Origin: a virus
Taxonomy: Duplodnaviria; Caudoviricetes
Length of the DNA: 64,000 nt
Strand: one strand, 5' to 3'
Virus record (IMG/VR): IMGVR_UViG_2747842453_000003
Location: 1-64,000 of that record
A program made the translations under genes and the position numbers. The notes under the pieces were generated by a model, which did not search any database, was not told the origin of the DNA, and saw only the letters and a list, made by a program, of their open reading frames with translations. Positions 46,888 to 56,503 of this stretch are shown here, one piece after another; the stretch's first letter is position 1; the number at the start of each line of letters is the position of its first letter.

Positions 46888-47202
46888 TTATGTTATTCTT
46901 TTTCTCACGGTGCCTGACTTGGTATAGTATGTCTGTCTGACACTCTGTAGTCCGCCTAGTACTCTACCTGGATAATCGCCCAAGTATGTACCTGCACGTA
47001 AATCATCGGGATTAATTAATTCTTTATGAAAATGATCGATATCATCCCACACACTTAGCATTGTTTTTCCCATTTCATCAAAAAAACTGTCACTAAAAAT
47101 AGGGTTATCATCTTTGTAATATGCATATGCCGCCATTAAATACCACGGTATCATCATATTAACATTGTTAGCAAATATTTTTGCTGCGTGAGTATCTAGC
47201 AT
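46888..47202 (-). CDS. Stand-alone NAD-dependent DNA ligase domain Ia-like protein
   Basis: AYAYYKDDNPIFSDSFFD resembles the LigA YY..D.P.ISD..YD segment. Confidence 0.6.
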   Translation of the reverse strand: MLDTHAAKIFANNVNMMIPWYLMAAYAYYKDDNPIFSDSFFDEMGKTMLSVWDDIDHFHKELINPDDLRAGTYLGDYPGRVLGGLQSVRQTYYTKSGTVRKRIT

Positions 47203-47323
47203 TACTTTACCTGTTTGAAGGTTAATGGGATATAGTGTGCATCCAAATCATCACGGTATTCCATGGCGTCAAGCACACAATCAAATGTGCGACTTATAGT
47301 TTTACCATTTATTGTTCCGATTA

Positions 47324-47554
47324 TTACATACATTTTACACCAATATCTGTGAGCATTATTTTTGCTAGAGAGGTTTTATCTAATGTTTGACCTTCTAGTG
47401 TATCTTCTAGTAGCATTTGAAAAAGAGTTTCAAACATTAATTGTTCACTATATAATAGTTTATCTTTGAAATCTCTCATTTGTTCAGGTGTTTCTAATTG
47501 CCAGATAGCATCCATCATTAGACATTGTTCTTGTGTTAAATTATAAAGAGTCAT
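47324..47554 (-). CDS. Hypothetical protein
   Basis: 76-aa ORF. Confidence 0.55.
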   Translation of the reverse strand: MTLYNLTQEQCLMMDAIWQLETPEQMRDFKDKLLYSEQLMFETLFQMLLEDTLEGQTLDKTSLAKIMLTDIGVKCM

Positions 47555-47565
47555 CTTATTACCTA

Positions 47566-47820
47566 TTAGAGTAATGATTTAAATAAATCAATAGAATTAT
47601 TCCATAGTGCGACCAACATATTAAATAGATCGGTTGAAATCCATGTGATAATATCGATTGATAGTGTCGCTAAAAGATTTGCAGCGAGTAAAATTATGAT
47701 AAGATTTAACTTGAATTTGAGACCTCGCCACATGTTTTTACGAATCGTCAACGCTTTTTCTAATTCTAGAGGACTTGCATCATCTAGTCCATATACTACT
47801 GCTTGTGTTTTTTTATCCAT
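47566..47820 (-). CDS. Hypothetical membrane protein
   Basis: 84-aa ORF with hydrophobic segment. Confidence 0.55.
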   Translation of the reverse strand: MDKKTQAVVYGLDDASPLELEKALTIRKNMWRGLKFKLNLIIILLAANLLATLSIDIITWISTDLFNMLVALWNNSIDLFKSLL

Positions 47821-47827
47821 AATATGT

Positions 47828-48031
47828 TTAGTCCATTCTATCTATGCCACTGTCTTGGCAGGGCCACGTATCTTCATCTTTGGGAAATAAATCATTTAGT
47901 ATATCATTTACTTCATATATAGTAATCATATTCTGTTCTTCAACTGACAAATAATTGTTTCTGTGATTTCTTATCATTTTCATCAAATGATTTGGAACCT
48001 CACTTAAACATTTATAATTAAAATTATTCAT
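47828..48031 (-). CDS. Hypothetical protein
   Basis: 67-aa ORF. Confidence 0.5.
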   Translation of the reverse strand: MNNFNYKCLSEVPNHLMKMIRNHRNNYLSVEEQNMITIYEVNDILNDLFPKDEDTWPCQDSGIDRMD

Positions 48032-48239
48032 CGAACTTCATATATTCTACTTGTTGGTCACCGTTCTCTAATGTTCTACGACTTTTAACACGAATAAATT
48101 TTAACTCTTCTAGTTCTGTTAATATAAAATCAGTAGCACTAATTGCACCAATTTTACGACCATGGTGCCTTCCCATAAGAAAGATAACTCCTGCAATTAA
48201 TACGGCCCACCAGCCCGACGGTTCTGTAAACATTTCCAT
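48024..48239 (-). CDS. Small membrane-anchored hypothetical protein
   Basis: AGGAG RBS; N-terminal TM segment; early promoter upstream. Confidence 0.6.
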   Translation of the reverse strand: MEMFTEPSGWWAVLIAGVIFLMGRHHGRKIGAISATDFILTELEELKFIRVKSRRTLENGDQQVEYMKFDE

Positions 48240-48260
48240 TTTTATCTCCTATACATTAGT

Positions 48261-48289
48261 AATATATATTGATTCTATTACAATGTCAA
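48261..48289 (-). promoter_or_regulatory. Early sigma70 promoter with GANTC in the spacer
   Basis: TTGACA-17-TATATT; TGATTCT at 48270-48276, same offset as the TGATTCG copies. Confidence 0.7.
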
Positions 48290-48293
48290 GTAG

Positions 48294-48722
48294 TTATTTT
48301 TTTAATCTATTAATTTCTTCTGCATTCTTTGCAATATTATCATCCTGTGTCTGATCAATAATGGTTTTTAGTTTTTGTGCTTTCTCTTCTTCACTATCAA
48401 TGTGTAGGTCTTTCTTTATAACCTTTTCTAATTTTAGCATAGGAATACGCTCATTAGGAACATATCTCCATGTATATCCTCGGTCTGAGTAGACACCGAA
48501 TACAGTTTCAGTCATTCCTATTTTAACTATCATGGCTAATTCGCCATCTAGTAATACCTCGTGACCTTCTTGAAATGCTGGATTAGTTTTGAACTTTAGA
48601 CCTTTAGCAAGTCCGGTTGCGAAGTCTTTAAACCATATTGCAACTACCAATGAAATTAGTACACCAACCCACGGTAGTAATAAATCACTAAATTCCATAC
48701 TCAAAGTATCCAAACTTGCCAT
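48294..48722 (-). CDS. MscS-like (small mechanosensitive channel TM3/beta-domain) protein
   Basis: TM helix then FKDFATGLAKG...FQEGHEVLLDG...IVKIG...T...YVPNE. Confidence 0.6.
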   Translation of the reverse strand: MASLDTLSMEFSDLLLPWVGVLISLVVAIWFKDFATGLAKGLKFKTNPAFQEGHEVLLDGELAMIVKIGMTETVFGVYSDRGYTWRYVPNERIPMLKLEKVIKKDLHIDSEEEKAQKLKTIIDQTQDDNIAKNAEEINRLKK

Positions 48723-48764
48723 ACTTATCCCCTATAATATAAGGTATTTATATAAATTGACAAT

Positions 48765-48791
48765 AAAAAAGCGCCCAGAAGGACGCTTTTT
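48765..48791 (-). terminator. Rho-independent terminator of fibre cassette 2
   Basis: GCGTCC-TTCT-GGGCGC-TTTTTT. Confidence 0.8.
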
Positions 48792-48818
48792 AGTTTTTAT
48801 AGAACTTTAATCTTGTTG

Positions 48819-51800
48819 TTATGCCTGCTTTCTTGCTGGCGGAGTAAAGCCTGGTGGTGTTTCAAGAAGATCTGGATTATGAATTCCACCACCCGTATAA
48901 ACTTCTATATCGGTCATCCATGAGTTTACGCTTGCAAAATGGACGTTCGCCTTGTTTGTAAGACCGGATATATCACTTGCATCTTCGTTTACAACTACTT
49001 CACCATTTATATAATGAACTATACGCCCATTTGATTGAAGTTCAATTGCAAAATGAAGCCATCCCTGAGTATCCAATCTTGTAGTACCATTAGCACTATG
49101 CGTATAATAGTCAAACTGTCCATTGGAAAGCCATGCAAGCGTATGAGGATAGTTGCTGTCAGAAGTGAGATATTGAGCATAGGAATATAGCGCGCTACTG
49201 CCCGAAGTAATCGTAGTCATATCTTCCCACATTGTGGGTTGAGCGGTTCCAAACTTTATGTAATATTGGTAGGTCATTCCTTCACTAAGATCATCAGTTG
49301 ACCAAATGTGAACTGATTTGCCGGGCGCAGGGTCATTCAATACGTTTGGATTGTTGCGCATGGCATATGAGCCGTCTTCAAGACCCCAACTATTTCCCCA
49401 ACCTGTAGGATGGTGTAATGCAACATAATCTGTAGCATTTGTATCTAATTTAGAGTCACTGACGGCTGCAAATGACTCACTATCTCCACTCAATGACCAC
49501 ATCGGAGTTGGGACTGTATTAACTGATTCTTCTTCAGCAACTTCATTCGAGCCTAAAGATTTAGTTGGTGGTGTGAAATCTGCAGTGTATAACACGGAGC
49601 CACTAGTAATTCTAAAATCTTGTATATATCCACTGAACTTTTCGTAATCGCCCGCTCTTGCACCTATTCCTAAATCTCTTGTGGTTGTCATTGGACTGCC
49701 AGTTTTGGCTATGACATGTCGAAGTACTCCATCAACATAGAATGTGTAATTACTGCCGTCCCATGTATATGCTATATGATACCAGGTATTTGGTAATAAT
49801 GTATCAATCCCACTAGAACCAATGTCTGAACGAGTATCTAAAGTATAACTTGAGCCGCTGTGCGATGCAAGTGCATGTAATTTATCACCTAACAATGAAA
49901 GGTATATTGGTCCATATACGCCTGATGTGCCTTGATTACAAATTGTTCTCCATGTACTACCTGAAAGATCAGTTGCATTTATCCATGTTTCTAGTGTATA
50001 TGATTCCCCATTACTAAAATCTATCAAATTCAATGGGTCTTCAACAAGTAAACGATCATCGGAACCGTCAAAATACATTGAATATGAATTAGCAAATTTT
50101 GATTCTGTATTTGATCCTGTCGCACCGCCTATTAATTGTATTCTATTCCCTGATTGTGATTTATCTATAATAGAAGCATTGGTACCTGTAATATGTAACT
50201 CGGCAGCAGATGAAGATAATGAAGCAGTGAGGGGTGTAAAATCTCCATCATATACATATGATCCAGTGACTAATCTTATGGATGAAACCTGAGATTTGAC
50301 TCCATTAAAAAATGTTCTAGAAGTTGAAGAGCCTGTCAAATCTGCACCATCACTAAAAGTTGAATTTTCGTTATAAGTAGTAAGTGTTTGATTCACACCA
50401 TTTACATAAATTTCAACAGTGCCATTTCTTCGTTGGGCTACAACATGTGTCCATTGTTTTTGTGGTAACCAATAGTTATTAACAAATTTTCCTACAGTGT
50501 AACTACCGTATAGACCATAAGCAAAAGTTAAACCATTATATCCAGCGTAAGTTGATTGAGTTAAACTCCACCCCACACCACTGCCATTGTATTCGGTACT
50601 TATAAAAATTCGAGCAGTATTCGTAAAATCTTCCTCGGGATAAATCCAGAATTCAAATGTAAAATCATCAGTGCCTAAATTAAGAGCATCCGATACTACC
50701 AAATTATCACCACTGCCATCAAAATATACAGACCCGCCGTGGTCTGTTGAAACATATTCTGTATAGTCATATGGTGCAAATGGCAATGTGGAAACGATGC
50801 CATTTACTGTAATTGAGTGATCATTCGTTGATCCATCTGAAATGTATGGAAGATGACAAGTAAGTAGAGAGGTGTTTGTTACAGCAGTCAGGCGTTCAGT
50901 TGGTGGAGTAAAGTCATCGGTATAAATTGCAGAACCTTTTACAATTCTAAAATCTGAAATATATCCATTATACCCAGTAGTCGGACCATTTACACCCTGG
51001 CCTATTAATACAGACTTGGTACTGCCCAAATCGCCAATACTGGTTCTTGAAGCTGCAAGGGTTCCATTAATAAATATTCTCCATACTCCGCTCTCTCTAG
51101 TAAGGGCAATGTGTGTCCATTCTCTAGTTATAGTAACTCCAGAACTAACCACCACATTGTGAGGCCCATCATAGAACTGAATTACACCGGATGTATCCAA
51201 GTATATGCCAGTTCCCTCTGCCGCAACGGCATCCCGAATGTCTATAATAGCGCCACCAGATAATGAACTTAATGTACCACCCCAATAAGTCCATAATTCT
51301 ATTGTAAAATCACCAGTACCAAAGCCAAATGCAGGGTCGCTTGCAATACTTAAATTTTCAGTCGGATCAAAATATGTACTATACCCGCCGCTTCTATAAG
51401 GACTAAATGTACCAGAAACAGCATCACCATTTGTTGTCACTGTGTGGTTATTAGTAGATGAATCTATTATACTATTATCAGATGCTCCTGTTGCTGTTAC
51501 AAGTAATACTGTATTACTTGAATTTAAAGAAGGAAGATCTGGTGCTGCAGCAGCAACAGAACCCATTCCACTATGTATTTCACAGTAATAGTATAGCGTA
51601 GGTGCACCAACTTCTACTGTAATTTCTGTGTATGCGTCTGCTTGCCCAGGCACCCCATTATAAGTAACACCGGTTGTATATTCACTTCCGCTATCATGTG
51701 CACCGTTTGCAGTTGTGCTAAACTTTAATGGATGTCCGGTATTAGTACTGTCACTTTGATCAAATCTATAGGTTTCACCTTCAGTTAATGTAACTGTTGG

Positions 51801-52115
51801 ACTAGCGCCTGTCAAATCAGTAATATAATATTTGTTACCAGTACTATATGCGTTTGTTCCACTAGCAACTGTGACTACATAGGTTGTTCCGCTAAATGCT
51901 GTTCCTTCACCAACCAAATTTCCATCAACATCAGTTAGATCGGTTAAATCAACTGGCACATCACTTAATTTTGCCATTGGAATACCACCTGCAGTAGTAC
52001 CATCATGTAATATTATTGTATTGTTTGTTGTATCAAATGTTACTTCTGCCATTTCGCCTGTAAAGGCCTCATGTTCAGTATCAGTTCCTTGACGTAGTTT
52101 TACCGATCTTGCCAT
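48819..52115 (-). CDS. Fibre/receptor-binding protein: Mtd-N-like anchor, cupredoxin-like domain, LamG repeats
   Basis: KLRQGT..EHEAFTG..AEVTFDT....LHDG.TAGG anchor; GHPL...YYCEIHSGMG; three to four LamG modules. Confidence 0.8.
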   Translation of the reverse strand: MARSVKLRQGTDTEHEAFTGEMAEVTFDTTNNTIILHDGTTAGGIPMAKLSDVPVDLTDLTDVDGNLVGEGTAFSGTTYVVTVASGTNAYSTGNKYYITDLTGASPTVTLTEGETYRFDQSDSTNTGHPLKFSTTANGAHDSGSEYTTGVTYNGVPGQADAYTEITVEVGAPTLYYYCEIHSGMGSVAAAAPDLPSLNSSNTVLLVTATGASDNSIIDSSTNNHTVTTNGDAVSGTFSPYRSGGYSTYFDPTENLSIASDPAFGFGTGDFTIELWTYWGGTLSSLSGGAIIDIRDAVAAEGTGIYLDTSGVIQFYDGPHNVVVSSGVTITREWTHIALTRESGVWRIFINGTLAASRTSIGDLGSTKSVLIGQGVNGPTTGYNGYISDFRIVKGSAIYTDDFTPPTERLTAVTNTSLLTCHLPYISDGSTNDHSITVNGIVSTLPFAPYDYTEYVSTDHGGSVYFDGSGDNLVVSDALNLGTDDFTFEFWIYPEEDFTNTARIFISTEYNGSGVGWSLTQSTYAGYNGLTFAYGLYGSYTVGKFVNNYWLPQKQWTHVVAQRRNGTVEIYVNGVNQTLTTYNENSTFSDGADLTGSSTSRTFFNGVKSQVSSIRLVTGSYVYDGDFTPLTASLSSSAAELHITGTNASIIDKSQSGNRIQLIGGATGSNTESKFANSYSMYFDGSDDRLLVEDPLNLIDFSNGESYTLETWINATDLSGSTWRTICNQGTSGVYGPIYLSLLGDKLHALASHSGSSYTLDTRSDIGSSGIDTLLPNTWYHIAYTWDGSNYTFYVDGVLRHVIAKTGSPMTTTRDLGIGARAGDYEKFSGYIQDFRITSGSVLYTADFTPPTKSLGSNEVAEEESVNTVPTPMWSLSGDSESFAAVSDSKLDTNATDYVALHHPTGWGNSWGLEDGSYAMRNNPNVLNDPAPGKSVHIWSTDDLSEGMTYQYYIKFGTAQPTMWEDMTTITSGSSALYSYAQYLTSDSNYPHTLAWLSNGQFDYYTHSANGTTRLDTQGWLHFAIELQSNGRIVHYINGEVVVNEDASDISGLTNKANVHFASVNSWMTDIEVYTGGGIHNPDLLETPPGFTPPARKQA
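51916..52103. repeat. 188-bp direct repeat, copy 1 (identical to 54107-54294)
   Basis: Base-by-base comparison found no mismatch; offset 2191 bp. Confidence 0.9.
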
Positions 52116-52141
52116 ATACTTTGCTCCTAAATTGTTACATG

Positions 52142-52149
52142 TATTTATA
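52142..52149 (-). promoter_or_regulatory. T4-type late promoter TATAAATA of the 1098-aa fibre gene
   Basis: Exact gp55 consensus 27 nt upstream of the ATG. Confidence 0.7.
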
Positions 52150-52161
52150 TTTTTAAGAATT

Positions 52162-52188
52162 AAAAAAAGCGCCCATTGGACGCTTTTT
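52162..52188 (-). terminator. Rho-independent terminator of fibre cassette 1
   Basis: GCGTCC-AAT-GGGCGC-TTTTTTT, near-identical to 48765-48791. Confidence 0.8.
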
Positions 52189-52221
52189 AGTTTTTATAGA
52201 ACATTATTTTAAATAATGGTC

Positions 52222-54306
52222 TTAGGTACCTATGTCATATGATATAATTTCACTAGTTCCTGATGAATACACGATTAGTGTTCTACCATCAGTTGATATT
52301 GTTATTTTACGTAAAGGATCATCAATTCCCGGAGCCATGAAATTCGTTAAAACAGGTGCGGGATTGAAGTCGATACCGCCTCCACCGGGATTTGCATCCC
52401 ACGGCGATAAATCCCACGGACCTGGATTGGTTTTTCTTTTAAAATTCGTTCCAGACCAATTTCTAAACTCATACATTCCATCTGCAGACATACCATTAGC
52501 AGTGTTAGTGCCTTCATTTCGCTCCCAACCAGTATAATATGCAGTTGACATTTCCCATGGTGTTGCTAATTTATATTTCCTCATATGCCGAACACTGCCT
52601 CCCTTTAGAAACATTATTTTACCATCATATGATATATTAAAATTGCATTCATCACCTCCAAATATATCTGAATATAAATACTGTCCCTCTGTACGTGAGA
52701 AAGATGAGATATCATATGGAGTTACTAGATTATATTGTACTATTGAATTAGTATCCCTATCAAATGAATAAAATTTGGTTCCATCAGTTGATATTGAAAT
52801 ATCATGATGCTCTATGCCACTCCATGCAGGACCACCGTTGGGCGGTGTTGCATTTAAATCTTGATATCTAACGTGTGACATTGTACTAATATCCCATGCA
52901 GTGGTCAAAGCAAGCTGTCTTACAGTTTTAATATCCCTCGCACTTGAACCAGATGTATAATAGCAATGCATTCCATCCGCCGAAAACGTAAGTCCGTATA
53001 CATCATTTGCACTAAAGACAGTCTTGCCAGGTAAATTCGCTCTTGATGCCCAAACACTGGAAAATTTAGTTTCATCCATATAACTTGCAGGTGCACCCAT
53101 ATCGTCTTCAACCAATAATCCTTGCGAAGTCAAATTATGTGCAAACGTACCCGAAACATCATATTGGAATATTGTTTGACCGCCAATATACAACTTTTTC
53201 CCATCAGGAGAGAAGTTTATACTGGAAATACCAGCGCCATTTCTTTCGCCAGTGTTTTGATCTAGATGTGGATCATATGCTGGGTTTCCTGGGGTCAAGG
53301 GCGCTAGATCAATTAATTCAGATGGTGTCTCAGTTGCAGTGCTAAGATCCCAAGCAGATGTCATTGTCCATTTTGCAATTATTGGGCCACTCGGTGCACT
53401 TAGTGCAGACACATATATATGTAATCCATCATTCGTTACGAAAATTTCCCAGTAATGTGGGCCACCTGTGACTCTGAGATAATCATACTCAGCATCAAGT
53501 TGCGCGGAGTCCTTCGTTGCTACACTGTTTCCAGTTGGAGACATTGTAGTTACGTCTCCTGGAGTTGACATAGAATATTCTCTAATCTGGTGGTTGTATC
53601 TACCTATTAAAAACATTTTCGTTTCATCTTGTGATACCGCCATAGATGTCCAGCGAAAATCTTTATTGGCTGTATCAGCTATAGTCCATGTATTAAATGT
53701 ACCTGTAGCGGTTAATGATGCAGTTGTGATATCATACGGAGTTGATAATTCATGTGTTTCTACAGTTTCAACTGTTATGAGATATAATCTTGTACCATCA
53801 CTGTTAATATGCAAATCAATCATTTTAGTAGGAGTTGCTCCACCCCATTGGGTACTAGTTGCTACAAGCTGTGTAGTTGAAATATCCCATGCGGTACCAA
53901 CATCAAATTGATCCACTCTTGCTTCTGGAAACTGGTGATTCATTCCAAAACCTTCGTGGGTTAAAGTATATAATTTAGTTCCATCATTTGACCAACAACT
54001 ATGTTTCGAGTATGGATAACTCAAATCTCGGAGACTTTTGAATTCATGTACGATATTACTAGGAACAATTGGTACCCATTCAAATGGCGCAGCAGATTGG
54101 CCAAGTAAATTTCCATCAACATCAGTTAGATCGGTTAAATCAACTGGCACATCACTTAATTTTGCCATTGGAATACCACCTGCAGTAGTACCATCATGTA
54201 ATATTATTGTATTGTTTGTTGTATCAAATGTTACTTCTGCCATTTCGCCTGTAAAGGCCTCATGTTCAGTATCAGTTCCTTGACGTAGTTTTACTGACTT
54301 TGCCAT
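52222..54306 (-). CDS. Fibre/receptor-binding protein: Mtd-N-like anchor plus beta-propeller repeats
   Basis: Same N-terminus as the 1098-aa gene; repeated S.DGTK.Y...Y.L.T(A/P)(W/Y)DIST blades. Confidence 0.8.
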   Translation of the reverse strand: MAKSVKLRQGTDTEHEAFTGEMAEVTFDTTNNTIILHDGTTAGGIPMAKLSDVPVDLTDLTDVDGNLLGQSAAPFEWVPIVPSNIVHEFKSLRDLSYPYSKHSCWSNDGTKLYTLTHEGFGMNHQFPEARVDQFDVGTAWDISTTQLVATSTQWGGATPTKMIDLHINSDGTRLYLITVETVETHELSTPYDITTASLTATGTFNTWTIADTANKDFRWTSMAVSQDETKMFLIGRYNHQIREYSMSTPGDVTTMSPTGNSVATKDSAQLDAEYDYLRVTGGPHYWEIFVTNDGLHIYVSALSAPSGPIIAKWTMTSAWDLSTATETPSELIDLAPLTPGNPAYDPHLDQNTGERNGAGISSINFSPDGKKLYIGGQTIFQYDVSGTFAHNLTSQGLLVEDDMGAPASYMDETKFSSVWASRANLPGKTVFSANDVYGLTFSADGMHCYYTSGSSARDIKTVRQLALTTAWDISTMSHVRYQDLNATPPNGGPAWSGIEHHDISISTDGTKFYSFDRDTNSIVQYNLVTPYDISSFSRTEGQYLYSDIFGGDECNFNISYDGKIMFLKGGSVRHMRKYKLATPWEMSTAYYTGWERNEGTNTANGMSADGMYEFRNWSGTNFKRKTNPGPWDLSPWDANPGGGGIDFNPAPVLTNFMAPGIDDPLRKITISTDGRTLIVYSSGTSEIISYDIGT
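54107..54294. repeat. 188-bp direct repeat, copy 2
   Basis: Identical to 51916-52103. Confidence 0.9.
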
Positions 54307-54354
54307 CTATTATTCTCCAAATAAAATATATGTAAATTGGTTATTTACATCTAT

Positions 54355-54603
54355 TTATCTATCACTTTCGGAAAAAAATAGCGCAAGTTTATCATATCCT
54401 CCGATATACTTGTTATTAAGCCATATTTGTGGCACAGTACGAGGAACTATATTTTCAAGTGCTGCTGCTTCCAATAACTCAGTTTTTTTATCAGGTTGGC
54501 TAGACATATTGTATTCAACATAACTAATGCCTTTTTGGTCTAATAGATTTTTTGCTGCTACACAAAACCCACACCCATCTTTACTATATATTACTGCATT
54601 CAT
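54355..54603 (-). CDS. grx: Glutaredoxin
   Basis: CGFC active site, RTVPQI, YIGGYD. Confidence 0.9.
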   Translation of the reverse strand: MNAVIYSKDGCGFCVAAKNLLDQKGISYVEYNMSSQPDKKTELLEAAALENIVPRTVPQIWLNNKYIGGYDKLALFFSESDR

Positions 54604-54623
54604 GTAATTCTCCTTTTATTTTA

Positions 54624-55703
54624 TTACCATCCAATACGTTCCCAAGGAACATCTTTGTTGCCAAAATGTCCATAAGTACAGTTCTCACTATAATTATTAA
54701 AGTTAAACAAATCGAACCTATCAATGATTCCTTTGGGAGTCATATCAATACTACTCTCAATAAACTTTTGAATTGAGCGATTATGTCCGTTTGAATCTAT
54801 ATAGATACTTGTGGGTTGTTTAACACCAATAGCATATGATAATTGTATTTGGCACCAATCAGCCATTTCATCTGCTACAACATTTTTAGCAAGCCAACGA
54901 GCCATATAGGCTGCAGAGCGGTCGACTTTAGTAGGATCCTTGCCACTAAAAGCACCGCCACCATGAGGAGCGAAACCGCCATAAGTGTCCACGATAATCT
55001 TTCTTCCTGTGACACCAGCATCACCGTCAGGACCACCGATAACAAAATTACCTGTAGGATTAAGATGCCATATAGTGTTGTCATCTACTAAATCTCCTAA
55101 TACACTCATTGTCGCAACTTTACTTATATTTCTTGCTTGCTCAATTTGACCTTCGTCATGCTGTGTACTTATCACAACTTGGTCAATACGCTTAACTTTG
55201 CCACCTTCATATTCGACACTTACTTGTGACTTTGCATCCGGTCCCAATATGTTCTGGCGTTGTAGTTTAAGTGTTTTAAGTATTTCATGACTGTAGTAAA
55301 TAGGTGCAGGCAAATATGCATCATTATTGTTACATGCATAACCAAACATAATACCCTGATCTCCTGCGCCGAAGTTATCAGTTCCCAATGCAATGTCTGC
55401 ACTTTGTGCATGAATTTCATTATAAATTTTTAATTTGTCCCAATGAAATCCATCCTGTTCATATCCAATTTCACGAACTTTATTTCTAACAATTTCTTTA
55501 ACTTGATCTTCAGTTACATTAAAGTTTTTTACTTCGCCTGCTAATGTTACCATGTTGGTAGTTACAAGTGTTTCAATGGCAACACGGGTTGTTTCATCGC
55601 CTGCTCTTAATCCTGCATCAACTAATGCATCTGATATTTGGTCTGCTACTTTATCAGGATGACCATCACTCACACTTTCACTCGTAAAAATATAGTTGTT
55701 CAT
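54624..55703 (-). CDS. metK: S-adenosylmethionine synthetase
   Basis: FTSESVSDGHPDK, GAGDQG, PDAKSQV, GGPDGDAGVTGRKI, GGGAFSGKDPTKVDRS. Confidence 0.96.
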   Translation of the reverse strand: MNNYIFTSESVSDGHPDKVADQISDALVDAGLRAGDETTRVAIETLVTTNMVTLAGEVKNFNVTEDQVKEIVRNKVREIGYEQDGFHWDKLKIYNEIHAQSADIALGTDNFGAGDQGIMFGYACNNNDAYLPAPIYYSHEILKTLKLQRQNILGPDAKSQVSVEYEGGKVKRIDQVVISTQHDEGQIEQARNISKVATMSVLGDLVDDNTIWHLNPTGNFVIGGPDGDAGVTGRKIIVDTYGGFAPHGGGAFSGKDPTKVDRSAAYMARWLAKNVVADEMADWCQIQLSYAIGVKQPTSIYIDSNGHNRSIQKFIESSIDMTPKGIIDRFDLFNFNNYSENCTYGHFGNKDVPWERIGW

Positions 55704-55720
55704 TTAGTTTCTCTTTTCTT

Positions 55721-55846
55721 TTATTTTATTTTATGAATATACATATATATTTTTACATAATATGCAAATGTTTTTGGATATGTTTCTGGATCGGGTAGTA
55801 GACCTTCGAAATATTCTATGAAATCTTTTATTTGTTCATCTGTCAT
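55721..55846 (-). CDS. Small hypothetical protein (41 aa)
   Basis: MTDEQIKDFIEYFEGLLPDPETYPKTFAYYVKIY...; fills the gap and overlaps the upstream stop. Confidence 0.5.
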   Translation of the reverse strand: MTDEQIKDFIEYFEGLLPDPETYPKTFAYYVKIYMYIHKIK

Positions 55847-56252
55847 TTTTTGCATTACATACAATTTTTCTTAATTCACTCGAACTAAATCTATGGTCTC
55901 GTTCATTAAAATATATTTCAATATCTCTTTTTTTGCAAATATCTCTACCAGTGAAATCTTTATCACGATATTCTACCCCTAGAATGCGAATATCAATATG
56001 CATTCCACTCAAAATGTCTTCCAAATCTTGTTCAGTAGCATATGGAATAATTTCATCCACATATTTACATGCCCGTAATTGTAGATATCTTTCTACTATA
56101 GTTTGTACCGGTTTATTTTTTGTGTCGCGGTCTATTGTTGGATCTATTTGTAGTCCCACAATTAAATGGTCACAATGTGATTTTGCCTCTTCTAACATAA
56201 GAGTATGACCTGCGTGTAGCAAGTCAAATGTGGATGCGGTGAAACCTATCAT
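55836..56252 (-). CDS. Cytidylyltransferase (TagD/glycerol-3-phosphate cytidylyltransferase-like)
   Basis: TFDLLHAGH (HxGH), RDHRFSSSELR. Confidence 0.85.
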   Translation of the reverse strand: MIGFTASTFDLLHAGHTLMLEEAKSHCDHLIVGLQIDPTIDRDTKNKPVQTIVERYLQLRACKYVDEIIPYATEQDLEDILSGMHIDIRILGVEYRDKDFTGRDICKKRDIEIYFNERDHRFSSSELRKIVCNAKNDR

Positions 56253-56255
56253 TAA

Positions 56256-56480
56256 TTATAACCTCATTAAAAAATCTGCTGCATCAATTTCATTTCTGAA
56301 ATTAATAGTAGCAGTACTAATATATTTGTCTATATGACAAGAAAAGTCTCTCGATTCATACCGAGAGACTAATTCGTTTCTTAGAATCATATCACTTGTG
56401 CCATCGTAAATAACAACTACTGTATACGGTAGTTTTACATTTTTAATAGTTAGTGATTTTACCAGTTTTATTCTAGGCAT
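56256..56480 (-). CDS. Hypothetical protein
   Basis: 74-aa ORF. Confidence 0.5.
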   Translation of the reverse strand: MPRIKLVKSLTIKNVKLPYTVVVIYDGTSDMILRNELVSRYESRDFSCHIDKYISTATINFRNEIDAADFLMRL

Positions 56481-56503
56481 ATTGTTTCTAATCTAAGTTT
56501 ATC

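Noticed and set aside
48819-54306. Diversity-generating retroelement suggested by Mtd-N-like anchors and a long repeat
   Set aside because: The repeat is at the 5' end and 100% identical, with no adenine-specific mismatches; no reverse transcriptase in the window.
55704-55846. SAM riboswitch upstream of metK
   Set aside because: No recognisable SAM-riboswitch consensus; the gap is filled by a plausible 41-aa ORF.
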